DNA of 63,249 bases, filler included, from Octopus bimaculoides (lineage: Eukaryota): NCBI RefSeq assembly GCF_001194135.2. It is 5 parts of 4 records of this genome, joined end to end, with 100 filler letters (N's around TTAATTAATTAA, not from the genome) between each part and the next. Parts side by side here need not be neighbours in the genome. Positions count along the whole stretch, not along the records: positions 37,734 to 58,597 come from NC_068991.1; positions 58,698 to 63,249 come from NW_026408616.1; 3 more parts are not named here. One strand, given 5' to 3'. Below are positions 51,180 to 63,249 of this stretch, piece by piece. Each line of letters opens with the position of its first letter. The first letter of the stretch is position 1. Made by a program: the position numbers and the translations under genes. The notes beneath the pieces were generated by a model, which saw nothing but the letters and a program-made list of their open reading frames with translations, did no database searches and was not told where the DNA came from.

Positions 51180-52779
51180 GAATAGTGATCGTAAAAACAA
51201 CAGCAACAACAATAAGAACGATAACGAACGACGACATTAAACAAAATCTCCGTATGCTTTAAGCAAGGTATAAAGGATAGACGTTAGAGTTGAGATTTAA
51301 TGCCTCCGTAGCTGATTGCATATAAGTATGAAAGTTTGTAATGTAATGTAAAAAGAAGAGAAGGGAAATCACACAAAATATATGTAACACTAAATAAAGA
51401 AGTTGACTGTAACTTCATGTTATGTTTGGGCAGAAACGTGACATTGTCATAAAGAGAAATGAGAAGAAACGTCTTGGTGGTGGCGGAGAGAGGCGGAGGT
51501 GTTTGAAGGAAGAGGAGGAGGGAGAAGGGGGTTGTTTCTTGTCACTTGAAACTGTCAGTCTGTTTCATTTGGCGGCTCAAAGTTGACAATGTTCATCTTA
51601 AGACGATTTACTTTCATTGAAAAGACTTAAAGCTACATTAATTCTTCAAATACGCACACACACACACACACACAGAACCACAAACGTGTACACACACACA
51701 CACACACACACATACACACGTGTACACACATACACATATAGTCACATACATATATGTGCTCGCGCACCTACACATACACACCCGCGTATTCATACTAACT
51801 TACACAAACTCCTCTGTTTTTACTAGCCTGTGTTCTTTTGTTTATACTTGTATGTGTGTGCTTTTAAAAACCTATATCTATACATTTATATATCTAATAT
51901 ATATATATATATACATACATATATANNNNNNNNNNNNNNNNNNNNNNNNNNNNNNNNNNNNNNNNNNNNNNNNNNNNNNNNNNNNNNNNNNNNNNNNNNN
52001 NNNNNNNNNNNNNNNNNNNNNNNNNNNNNNNNNNNNNNNNNNNNNNNNNNNNNNNNNNNNNNNNNNNNNNNNNNNNNNNNNNNNNNNNNNNNNNNNNNNN
52101 NNNNNNNNNNNNNNNNNNNNNNNNNNNNNNNNNNNNNNNNNNNNNNNNNNNNNNNNNNNNNNNNNNNNNNNNNNNNNNNNNNNNNNNNNNNNNNNNNNNN
52201 NNNNNNNNNNNNNNNNNNNNNNNNNNNNNNNNNNNNNNNNNNNNNNNNNNNNNNNNNNNNNNNNNNNNNNNNNNNNNNNNNNNNNNNNNNNNNNNNNNNN
52301 NNNNNNNNNNNNNNNNNNNNNNNNNNNNNNNNNNNNNNNNNNNNNNNNNNNNNNNNATATATATATGTACATTATATATATATACACACACACATATATA
52401 TACATTTACATATTCACACATATATATACATATGTATGCTAGCGAAACAAATCCTTATATATATGTGCTCAGTCAAAACTCACTGGAAGCGAGTGTTTTC
52501 TTCACAAATGTATATTGTAAGTATTTGTTAAACGAGTACAGAAGTTGTTTAACTTCTTTCGTTATTTTCCTTTTGTTGTTTTTATTTGTGTAAATAGTCG
52601 GGGTTGTGTGTATGTATGTGTGTGTGTGTGTGTGTGTATGTATGTGTGTGTGTGTGTGTGTGTGTTTATGATGTGAGCTGAACGTACCTGTATATGTGTG
52701 AGTATCAGTGTGCATGTGTGTGTGTGTATGTGTGTGTGACTGTGGAGATGTGTGTCAGTGTTTATGTGTACTTCGTGAT

Positions 52780-53592
52780 TCGTTGTCCATATTTACCAGG
52801 ATACAACAACCATATCACTTTAAGATAAGCAGCAACAACAACAACGACATAGGAAATCAAAGTACAGCATGTATATTAAAGTCTCACGGTATGATTGGGA
52901 CTCCGTCTGTTACGACGACGAGGGTTCCAGTTGATCCGATCAACGGAACAGCGTGCTCGTGAAATTAACGTGCAAAGTGGCTGAGCACTCCACAGACACG
53001 TAGTTCTCGGTGAGACCCGGCGTGACAAGGCTGGCCCTTTGAAATACAGGTACAACAGAAGCATGAAAAAAGAGTGAGAGAAATTTGTGGTGAAAAAGTA
53101 CAGCAGGGTTCACCACCACCCCTTGCCGGATCCTCGTGTATCTTTAGGTGTTTTCGCTCAGGAAACACTTACAGGGCCCGGTCAGGGAATCGAAACTGCG
53201 TTCCTACAACCGNNNNNNNNNNCGTAGTTCTCGGTGAGACCCGGCGTGACAAGGCTGGCCCTTTGAAATACAGGTACAACAGAAGCATGAAAAAAGAGTG
53301 AGAGAAATTTGTGGTGAAAAAGTACAGCAGGGTTCACCACCACCCCTTGCCGGATCCTCGTGTATCTTTAGGTGTTTTCGCTCAGGAAACACTTACAGGG
53401 CCCGGTCAGGGAATCGAAACTGCGTTCCTACAACCGTGAGTCTGCTGCCCTAAGCACTGGGCCATTGCGCCTCCACACCAGAAGGTACACGTGTCTGTGG
53501 AGTGCTCAGCCACTTGCAACTTAATTTCACGAGCAGGCTGTTCCATTGATCGGATTGACTGGAACCCTCGTCGACGTAACCGACGGAGTGCC
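52780..53592. mobile_element. tRNA-derived SINE family D (-), with an assembly-duplicated middle and an inverted extra 3' tail (53480-53592, +)
   Basis: Minus-strand head ggaggcgcaatggcccagtgcttagggcagcag...gtttcgattccc. 52895-53000 and 53480-53592 are inverted copies. Confidence 0.8.
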
Positions 53593-53599
53593 CCGTATT

Positions 53600-54180
53600 C
53601 CTTCTGCTAGAGGTGGTTATTGTGACGGTTTTTGCAGAGGTAGCGGTGTCGGAGACGGTAGTGTTGAAAGTGGGGGTGTTGGTGTTGGTGTTGGTGGTAG
53701 TTGTAGTGGTAGTGCTGCTGCTGGTAGTAGATGTGTCGGCGGTGGTAGTGGTGATGGTGGACGTGGTGTTAGCGGTTGTGGTGGTGATGGTTCTATTGTT
53801 AGCTGCGTTGGTGGCGGAGGTGGTGCAAGCGGTGGTGGTGGTGGTAGTAGTGTTTGTAACCATTGTGGTGGTGGTGGTGGAGATGGTAGAAGTGGTGTTA
53901 GCGGTAGTAGTGGTTGTGTTGGCGGTAGTTGTGGAGGTGGTGGTTTAGGTTATGATGTTGGTGGTAGTGTTGGCTGCGGTGGTGGTGGTGGTGGTGGTGG
54001 TGGTAGTGCTAGGTGCGGTAGTGGTAGTAGTATTAGTTGCCATGGTGGTGGTGGTGGTGTTGGCGGTCGTGGTGGTGGATGTAGTGTTAGGGGTGGTGTT
54101 GGCAGTGGTGTTGGTGGTGTTGATTGTAGTGGTGGTAGTGGTGGTCGTAGAGGTGATGATGATGCTGGTAGAATGACGGT
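53600..54180. repeat. Cryptic (GGT)n array
   Basis: Source of the poly-G, poly-V and poly-T ORFs. Confidence 0.9.
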
Positions 54181-55099
54181 GGAAGGGATTTTGTGATGCG
54201 TGATCGGTTGTCAATCTTTCTACCGTTACAAGACAAGGTGATCAACAACAAAAACAAAAAAATCCTAACAAGCAACTCCCTCAAATACCGTTTCGACAAC
54301 AACGACAAAAGTTAACTTCAAACATAACAACAACAATAACTACAATAACAATGCAATATGATTTAAATATAAAACATACATAAACTAAGCAGACTTGTCT
54401 TGTCTTGAGTAATGCTTCTTATCGGCTTGTAAGTTCCTCGGTATGGCCCGGCGGTCATCTGTCTGCATGGGGACGACGATGATGATGATCATAATGAAGA
54501 GGAGGTGGAGGAGGAAGTGTGTGAGGAGAAGGAGGTAAATAACGAAGGCGACGATGATGACGACTACGACGAAGATTCTTTTCTACTCTAGGCACAAGGC
54601 CCGAAATTTGGTTTTTTTTCTTTTTTACACATGAATACTGTTGCGTTGGACGTTTGACAGACAAGTAACTAAGAAAATACGGAGGCGAGGATTCGAATGA
54701 AAATACAAGAATATAGCGACATGAATAGTGAACATTCTAGTTTAATGCAATCTTTCAATATATTGTGGGTGTGTGGAAATATACTTCGCGGTATTTCTTT
54801 CTATTTCGACTATAAATATTCGGTAACTTTGGTGGATAAGTGAATTGAAATCTTTGTTTGGAAATCGACGTGTAAAGAAAAATTATTGACAAGATAAGAT
54901 AGCAAGTTAATGTCCAATTATATATGATTATTCCCGCACATAAATAGTTATTACATATGAGGAAGTCATTAATATCATTAAACACATATTGAGAAAAGTA
55001 TACATTTGAGATATTATAGTGATAAATAAACTTCGCACAGAACCATGCTCATGAGTCATTTAGAATATTACACAGTATATGCTAATCTATACTGAGTAG

Positions 55100-55735
55100 T
55101 TGCAAGGCGGTGAGCTGGCAGAATCGTCAGCACGCCGGGCGAAATGCTTAGTAATATTTCGTCTGTCTTTACGTTCTGAGTTCAAATTCCGCCGAGGTCG
55201 ACTTGGCATTTCATCCTTTCGAGGGGCGATAAATTAAGTACCACTTACGCACTGGGGTCGATGTAATCGACTTAATCCCTCCCTCTGTCTGTCTTTGTTT
55301 GTCCCCTCTGTGTTTAGCCCCTTGTGGGCAATAAAGAAATAAGAATCGTTTGCACGCCGGGGCGAAAATGCTTAGTGTTATTTCAGTTGCCTTTATGTTC
55401 TGAGTTCAAATTCCGACGAGGTCAACTTTGCCTGTCATCCTTTCGGGGTCGATAAATTAAGTACCAGTTGCGTACTGGAGTCGATCTAATCAACTAGCCC
55501 CCTTCTCAGAAACTTCGGACTTTGTGCCTAGATTAGGAAAAAAAAAAAAAAAGAATCGTTTACACGCAGCAGTTCGTCCGTCTTTATGTTTTGGCTTCAA
55601 ATTCCGCCGAGGTCGACTTTGCCTTTCATAATTTCAGAGTCGATAAAATAAGTATCTATTGAATACTGGGGTTGATGTAATCGGCTCAGTCCCTTCCCTG
55701 AAACCATTGGTCTCGTGCCAAAATTTGAAGTGAAT
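55100..55735 (+). mobile_element. Head-to-tail trimer of SINE family C
   Basis: Units begin gaatcgt... at ~55118, ~55343 and ~55553. Confidence 0.85.
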
Positions 55736-55916
55736 ATTTAACTTTTTCATAATTCTAACAACAAATAGCCATCTTATGAAGGAGTCGCGGTCCATGCAAC
55801 TGTAGTCATTCTTTTTTCTCTATTATACGCCATTTTATGTAAATAAATGCGTGTGATTCATTCTTGATAAATTATAAACCCTATTTTTTCCTCAATACAA
55901 GATATTTCATCAGTTC

Positions 55917-56252
55917 ATGAATTTCTGTAAGAAACAGCTTGAATATAGTCAGACTCATGCTTTTCTTATGATAGTAGCTAAGAAAGGGATGCCAGTTAAT
56001 AGAATTCTGCTTTTGAAATCTGAAGCTATACACACGATAGAGGGAGCCTATACTTTCAATTTGAACTTGTTAAAAAAAGTTGCAAATTTTCTTCAAATTA
56101 ATCTCAAAGAACATAATGTTTCAAATTTGAAAATAGAATTAGTTGTGTTGTCCACGAATAAAATGCATTTCACTGTAAACCTGCCCAATGAAGACTACTT
56201 TGGAGCTAAATCCAACAATAATTACAAATTCGAAGTTATCTGGCAATATTGA
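55917..56252 (+). CDS. Orphan 111-aa ORF, possibly a terminal exon (acceptor tttcatcag| three bases before the ATG)
   Basis: Non-repetitive, stop-free 336 nt in AT-rich DNA with normal amino-acid composition. No family recognised. Confidence 0.25.
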   Translation: MNFCKKQLEYSQTHAFLMIVAKKGMPVNRILLLKSEAIHTIEGAYTFNLNLLKKVANFLQINLKEHNVSNLKIELVVLSTNKMHFTVNLPNEDYFGAKSNNNYKFEVIWQY

Positions 56253-56276
56253 GCAGTTAAGGTAATTTCATATCTA

Positions 56277-56517
56277 TATAGAAAGTGGCCCAAAAGTAGG
56301 TTTACAATTATCATCTAGGCACTTTAAATTTCTTTTAAAACATTTTATTACATTTAAATTTCTGTCTTACAAACTGAAAATGGAGCTTGAGAAAATTAAC
56401 TAAATTAGCATAGAATAATGGTTTCATATTCTTTCTATAATTAAGATCTAAACTGTTAATATACGAATGCGAAAAGGTAGTTTAATAACTGTAAACCTAC
56501 TTTTGGGCCACTCTGTA
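56277..56517. mobile_element. Tc1/mariner-type MITE with ~30-bp TIRs and TA flanks
   Basis: aagtggcccaaaagtaggtttacaatta ... taactgtaaacctacttttgggccactctg-TA. Confidence 0.85.
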
Positions 56518-56699
56518 TATCAATTTATATTTGTGATATACCAGTTTTATCAGTAAGAAATGCAATGCCCATAGACATTCTCAGGGCTTCCGACAATGGT
56601 GTGAAGGAAAGGAGATATGTTATCCTTAAATCAATGACCCGACTTTAATGCTTGAAAACTCTGCTGTAGGAAATCAAAGGGCCAAGTTGTGGTGTTAAC

Positions 56700-57450
56700 C
56701 CGGGTGACAGTTTAAGTCTACTAACCAGATAGAACCTCACGAGATTTGAACTAAGGATAGAAAGAGCCAGAAAAAGGACCGCAAGGGATCAATCCGATGA
56801 TTTTACACCTTTACTCTTACAATTCAACCGGCCACGACTGGTAGTTATTATTTTATCAACCTCGAAAGGATGAATGTGAAAGATTAACTTAATGGAATTT
56901 GAACCCAGAATGGCAAAAAATATGATGAGGTATTATATCCAACGCTCAAACGAATTTGGAAATCTGCCACCAGCATGTAAGAAATAATAAGTGAAGGATA
57001 AACAGCAAAGAAGTTAGTATTCTTAAAAAAAAACTATGAGCAGGATTTAAGTCGATTCCATAGAATCCTAGTGATCAACCGGTACTTAATTTATCGACCT
57101 CAGAAGAATAAAAAGCTAAGTTGACCTCACCGCAATTTGAACACAGAACGTACAGTCGGACAAAATGCCACTAAACATTTTGTCTGGGGCGTTAATGATG
57201 CTGCGAGATTGCCGCATTAGGGGGCATTCAAAGGCGGCGAACTGGGAGAATCGTTAGCACGCCGGGCAAAATGCTTCACGGCATTTCGTCCGTCTTTACG
57301 TTCTGAGTTCAAATTAGGCCGAGGTCGACTGTGCCTTTGATCCTTTCGGGGGTTGATAAAATAAGTACCAGTGAAACACTGGGGTCAATGCAATCGATAT
57401 GTCCCTCCCGCCAAAATATCAGGCCTTCTGCCTATTGTAGAAAGGTTTAG
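56700..57450. mobile_element. Three SINE C copies: (-), (-), then (+) head-to-head with the second
   Basis: Segments ~56700-56970, ~57040-57218 and ~57228-57445. Confidence 0.75.
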
Positions 57451-58049
57451 AATGTGTTTACGATATTCCTGGATCAATTAACAAAAGTGAAATGATCGCG
57501 ATTGAGGAACGAAACCGAGAATCAAATTCGACACCCAATCGTAGTTCTAAACATACGACAGATATGAATATCTGTCATATTTCAAATAATAAATACATAA
57601 CAATTAAATGTATTCGTTACATAGAAAATGCAGGAATAGGTCCAATGTTCAGAGAGAACAATAACCTTTCTTTTATAGGAGGATATAGTTGCACATCACA
57701 AATGGTGCCAATACAATATACCATTTATAAATTCTTATACTCGAAGATATGCGGAACATAACCATTCATTGCTTCTGCCAGAGATATCGAAATAAATTTG
57801 GTTTGATTTCTAACAATAATTCTAATCACCGCTTAGATGTCTTATAGCATATTTTATTAATACACAATGAGACATATTTAGGATTTATCTGCTTACAGTT
57901 TAATAAAATAATTTTTTTTCTTTTTACTGTATTTCAAAATTAATAGTATCGTATTGTAATTATGCGCACATATATAAATACATACATATATATATATATG
58001 TATATATATATGTATGTATGTATGTATGTAATGATGTATATATATGTAC

Positions 58050-58094
<45 letters not shown>

Positions 58095-58739
58095 TTAATA
58101 AGTCTTATCTTAATGTATAAAACTTAAAGCTTATCTCTAACCGTTGCGTTGAAATATATGTATGAATGTACGTATATATATATGTGTGTGTATATATATG
58201 TATATGGTGCATATGTGTATGCGCGCGCGCGTGTGTTTGTGCATGTGTCTACGCGTGTTGATATGTTGCTTTCATTACAAGGGTTTAATACACATGTGTG
58301 TATATATATGTTTATAATTACGTTCAAGAAATTCCTATTAATATACACAATACGATTCAGAATTGTTTTCTGAGAATATTCTCCATCAAAACACACATAC
58401 ACACATACACACACACACACACACACACATACACAACCACACACACACACAAACACACACACACGCTCAAAAAGACATGCATAGTTGCTTTACTCTGACT
58501 TTGTCTCTATATATTTGTAAATATACACATGTATTTATAAGTATATACATATGTGTATATATATAAATATATATATCTATATATATATATATATATANNN
58601 NNNNNNNNNNNNNNNNNNNNNNNNNNNNNNNNNNNNNNNNNTTAATTAATTAANNNNNNNNNNNNNNNNNNNNNNNNNNNNNNNNNNNNNNNNNNNNGTG
58701 TGTGAGTATTTGTATGTGAGTGAGTGTGTGTGTGTGAGT

Positions 58740-58975
58740 ATTTGTATCTGCATGTGGAGATATGGGGATGTGAGGGTGCATGTGCTTGAGCGTGTGCGCA
58801 CTCGCGCATGTATCTGCATGTGGGGGGATGTGGGGATATGAGGGCACATGTATGCGTGTGTGTGTGTGCGTGTGTATCTGCATGAGGAGATGTAGGGATG
58901 TAAACATGCATGTGTATGTGTGTGTGAGCGCGCGTGCGTATGTATCTGCATGTGGGGATGTGAGGGCAGATGTGT
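58740..58975. repeat. Minisatellite, about four ~55-60-bp units built on tgtatctgcatgtggggatgtgaggg
   Basis: gtatctgcatg recurs at ~58744, 58811, 58874 and 58942. Confidence 0.7.
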
Positions 58976-59484
58976 GTGTTTGTGTGGGTGTGTATATGTT
59001 TGTGTGTGTGTGTGTGTGTGAATATCGAAACAAATAAAGGCAACTAACCATATGCAGGTGTTAAGATATAATCAACTGTCATAGCTGATTTTGTAGAACT
59101 CATCGTTTTTTTACGTAAGTGAATATTTTCCAAGATGACACCGTTTTACTACATTTTCTCCAGGCCACTTGTTTTTCTGCTTTAATTCCTGTGTAAGACG
59201 TAATTCTGTCATAATAGTAACCTCTCGGTTTTCAAATTTAACAATGAGACAGCATAATTTGTTTAAATGTTGTCGTATTTAGATCGTTACTTCATTTCTT
59301 GGCCGCAATGCTTAGTTTTGTGGATAGGCTGTTTCATCGCAAAGACGTTATTCTAGATCCAGTCCCTCCCTGTAAACCACTCATCCAGTGCTTTCTATTA
59401 TAACTTCTGTTCTACGAATTTCTTGAGAGTGAAATTCTGATAAACGTAACCACAAAGAAGCCTGCCGCGTGCATATATATATAT

Positions 59485-59770
59485 ATGTGTGTATAGACAT
59501 AAGGCCAACAACACCTCATTATCTCGCAGAATTTGGGAGCTTAAGGACGACAAGATTAATTTTAACCTTAGATGGTCAATTGTTGGATCGGCCCCAACGT
59601 ATAAAGATAATAGAACTGGTTGCCAGTTATGCTCCCTTGAACTTTTGAAAATTATTAAATTCCCCGATAAGAATAAACTAGTTAATAAGAGGTCAGATTT
59701 CAAACCCTCCTGTATCCATAAAATGATGAAAACCTTTAGATATTATAATCCCTAAATCCTCTCTTTTAGT
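59485..59770 (+). mobile_element. Penelope-like element endonuclease C-terminus with Cys/His motif
   Basis: TSLSRRIWELKD...WSIV...CQLCSLE...LVNKRSDF...CIHK. Confidence 0.75.
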
Positions 59771-61876
59771 NNNNNNNNNNNNNNNNNNNNNNNNNNNNNN
59801 NNNNNNNNNNNNNNNNNNNNNNNNNNNNNNNNNNNNNNNNNNNNNNNNNNNNNNNNNNNNNNNNNNNNNNNNNNNNNNNNNNNNNNNNNNNNNNNNNNNN
59901 NNNNNNNNNNNNNNNNNNNNNNNNNNNNNNNNNNNNNNNNNNNNNNNNNNNNNNNNNNNNNNNNNNNNNNNNNNNNNNNNNNNNNNNNNNNNNNNNNNNN
60001 NNNNNNNNNNNNNNNNNNNNNNNNNNNNNNNNNNNNNNNNNNNNNNNNNNNNNNNNNNNNNNNNNNNNNNNNNNNNNNNNNNNNNNNNNNNNNNNNNNNN
60101 NNNNNNNNNNNNNNNNNNNNNNNNNNNNNNNNNNNNNNNNNNNNNNNNNNNNNNNNNNNNNNNNNNNNNNNNNNNNNNNNNNNNNNNNNNNNNNNNNNNN
60201 NNNNNNNNNNNNNNNNNNNNNNNNNNNNNNNNNNNNNNNNNNNNNNNNNNNNNNNNNNNNNNNNNNNNNNNNNNNNNNNNNNNNNNNNNNNNNNNNNNNN
60301 NNNNNNNNNNNNNNNNNNNNNNNNNNNNNNNNNNNNNNNNNNNNNNNNNNNNNNNNNNNNNNNNNNNNNNNNNNNNNNNNNNNNNNNNNNNNNNNNNNNN
60401 NNNNNNNNNNNNNNNNNNNNNNNNNNNNNNNNNNNNNNNNGCTAAAAAAGCTGAGACTCCAACAGATAGCATTACCTGTAACTCACAAAGGCAAAAACAA
60501 GAAGAAAAAACAATGAAAACTAACCATTTAAAGTTAATCATAGACGCGTTTCTGGATTATGAATGATAAAATTCAATTTCCGTCTCCGTCATCGGAGTTC
60601 TTATTTTATTTCTTATTTGTTACATTATTAATGTGGGTGCTATTATCACTATTATACTATATTACTACGGTCGAAATGCCCCCAATACTCTGTATTTTGA
60701 ATTTTAACGTCCAACCCTCCCTCTCCCATATACTTTATTTCCCTTTTCTCGTTGACATGTTTAATTATTCATTCTTTAAGGTCTTCTATGTTATAATTAC
60801 CCTTTCCACTTCCTTCACCCTTCTTCGTCTAGATAAGTGTATGTAGATAAGTTAGTACACTTAAGTTGTAATTCGCNNNNNNNNNNNNNNNNNNNNNNNN
60901 NNNNNNNNNNNNNNNNNNNNNNNNNNNNNNNNNNNNNNNNNNNNNNNNNNNNNNNNNNNNNNNNNNNNNNNNNNNNNNNNNNNNNNNNNNNNNNNNNNNN
61001 NNNNNNNNNNNNNNNNNNNNNNNNNNNNNNNNNNNNNNNNNNNNNNNNNNNNNNNNNNNNNNNNNNNNNNNNNNNNNNNNNNNNNNNNNNNNNNNNNNNN
61101 NNNNNNNNNNNNNNNNNNNNNNNNNNNNNNNNNNNNNNNNNNNNNNNNNNNNNNNNNNNNNNNNNNNNNNNNNNNNNNNNNNNNNNNNNNNNNNNNNNNN
61201 NNNNNNNNNNNNNNNNNNNNNNNNNNNNNNNNNNNNNNNNNNNNNNNNNNNNNNNNNNNNNNNNNNNNNNNNNNNNNNNNNNNNNNNNNNNNNNNNNNNN
61301 NNNNNNNNNNNNNNNNNNNNNNNNNNNNNNNNNNNNNNNNNNNNNNNNNNNNNNNNNNNNNNNNNNNNNNNNNNNNNNNNNNNNNNNNNNNNNNNNNNNN
61401 NNNNNNNNNNNNNNNNNNNNNNNNNNNNNNNNNNNNNNNNNNNNNNNNNNNNNNNNNNNNNNNNNNNNNNNNNNNNNNNNNNNNNNNNNNNNNNNNNNNN
61501 NNNNNNNNNNNNNNNNNNNNNNNNNNNNNNNNNNNNNNNNNNNNNNNNNNNNNNNNNNNNNNNNNNNNNNNNNNNNNNNNNNNNNNNNNNNNNNNNNNNN
61601 NNNNNNNNNNNNNNNNNNNNNNNNNNNNNNNNNNNNNNNNNNNNNNNNNNNNNNNNNNNNNNNNNNNNNNNNNNNNNNNNNNNNNNNNNNNNNNNNNNNN
61701 NNNNNNNNNNNNNNNNNNNNNNNNNNNNNNNNNNNNNNNNNNNNNNNNNNNNNNNNNNNNNNNNNNNNNNNNNNNNNNNNNNNNNNNNNNNNNNNNNNNN
61801 NNNNNNNNNNNNNNNNNNNNNNNNNNNNNNNNNNNNNNNNNNNNNNNNNNNNNNNNNNNNNNNNNNNNNNNNNNNA

Positions 61877-63087
61877 AAATTGAATGAAATTTAATAGTAT
61901 TTTAGAATGTCTAATGGAATTTAAAATTATTTTTATGCATTTGTGTACATTTAAATTAATTAAATATGATTTTACAGAATAATAGAATTAAAATTCCTTT
62001 GATTAAAACCCTTTCTAACATGAAAGTATCCAAAGAGCATTTAAGGCACATAATGCTTTATGAGTACAAAAAAGGAAACTCTGCAGTCAAAGTGACTCAA
62101 AACACACTCAGTTTATGGGAAAGAAAGCTTGAATGAAAGATCTTGCAGAAGATGGTTTGAAAAATTCAGAAGTGAAGATTTCAGCTTTGAAGATGAAAAT
62201 CGAACAGGACGTCCAGTTGAGTTTAATGATAAGCTCTTTGAGGCATTACTTGAAGAAAATCCTGCATTATCAGTTGAAGAATTGACAATAAAGCTTAGTC
62301 ATCGTCATCTTCAACAACTTGGAAAGGTTCCTAAACTTGGAAAATGGGTGCCTCATGAATTGTCCGAAAGCCAACGCAAATCCCGAGTTGAGATCTACTC
62401 TTCTCTCCATTCTCACGAATTCATTTCACCCGTTTTTGATAGACTTGTGACTGATGACAAAAAATGGATCTTCTATCGAAATTTTAAACGTCGTAAACAG
62501 TGGCTTGGTAAAAATGAAAAAGCTCAACCACAACCGAGAAGGGAGCTTCATAGAAAACAGGTTCTTCTCTCTACCTGGTGGGATTGCAAAGGAGTAATTT
62601 ACTTTGAATTGTTACCACCTAATGCAACAATCAATGCTCAAGTCTACTGTTAGCAATTAGAGCGTTTGAACCAAGCTTTGAAGAAAAAAGACCCACTTTA
62701 GTGAATCAAAAAGGAGTGATGTTTCATCAGGACAATGCGTGACCCCACACTGCAAAGATCACATCACAGAAGATCGAAGAGCTTGGGTGGGAAACAATTC
62801 CTCATCCACCTTATTCTCCCGACCTTGCTCCTTCGTAGTTTACAGAATCATTTGGGGGACATAACTCTCGCAAGCCAGGAGGAGGTCGAAACTGACATTT
62901 CAGAGTTCTTCGCTTTGGAACCAAAGGAGTTTTACGTTGATGGGATTAAAAAGCTTGTAAATAGATGGAAGGAAGTCATAGATAATCAGGGAAAGAACAA
63001 TGATGATTAAATTTCAATTAAATATAACATTTGATCACTTGTTTTCTTTATTCAAAATTCGGACAGAACTTATGGGATGACCTGATA
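61877..63087 (+). mobile_element. Mariner (DD34D-type) transposon with a disrupted transposase at 62020-63010; 5' TIR lost in the gap
   Basis: WVPHEL, LVTDDKKWI, WWDCKG, FHQDNA and HPPYSPDLAP motifs. Frameshifts near 62105 and 62690, stops at 62651 and ~62740, and the SDYHLF third-Asp segment is deleted. 3' TIR ggacagaacttatgggatgacctga-TA. Confidence 0.92.
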
Positions 63088-63249
63088 TATATATTCACAA
63101 TTAAGGTTAGTTGAAATATGTTTGTCACATATTTCAACTGCTAAAGGGAAATACACTGCAGTTACAGTGGAGAAAAATATCTCTCTTATGGTAAAAAGTT
63201 GTGAAAACGCGGTTGGTTCAGTGGCGCCATCTCTCGGGAATCTCAAACA

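Noticed and set aside
53020-53432. ~190-bp tandem duplication inside SINE D
   Set aside because: Exact copies straddle a 10-N gap; most likely an unmerged contig overlap.
54087-54308. Signal-peptide-like LLVRIFLFLLLITLSCNG on the minus strand
   Set aside because: No in-frame ATG (TTG start after a stop), and it derives from A-rich low-complexity sequence.
63109-63139. 12-bp perfect inverted repeat with a 7-nt loop
   Set aside because: Short and AT-rich; plausible by chance and no context to support a function.

Overview
Eukaryotic, AT-rich, microsatellite- and retroposon-saturated DNA from a gapped draft assembly. The SINE and LINE families and the microsatellite load point to an octopus or other coleoid cephalopod genome (inference from recalled repeat families, not a database search). 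There are no prokaryotic features: no operons, CRISPR arrays, rRNA genes or true tRNA genes. Only one host exon is well supported: a + strand internal exon at 880-971 encoding the N-terminal part of a CAP/SCP (CRISP/GLIPR/PI16-like) domain. I could not find its neighbouring exons, so they may lie in N-gaps or outside the window. A weaker set of minus-strand splice-signal pairs (43377 down to 31852) and an orphan 111-aa ORF (55917-56252) may mark further transcripts. The rest is transposon debris: at least four tRNA-derived SINE families; fragments of CR1/L2-group, RTE, Tx1/L1, Dong/R4 and HERO-like LINEs; Penelope-like element (PLE) fragments; three decayed Tc1/mariner-superfamily elements; and several MITEs and foldbacks. 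Almost all ORFs in the supplied track are translated microsatellites or N-gaps. The most interesting signals are RNA-structural: hammerhead-like motifs in PLE termini (two with an unusual U at position 6), a co-varying 3' stem-loop shared by a SINE and its likely partner LINE, SINE tail swapping, and a three-level nested insertion. I found no clear evidence of a wholly new biological system.
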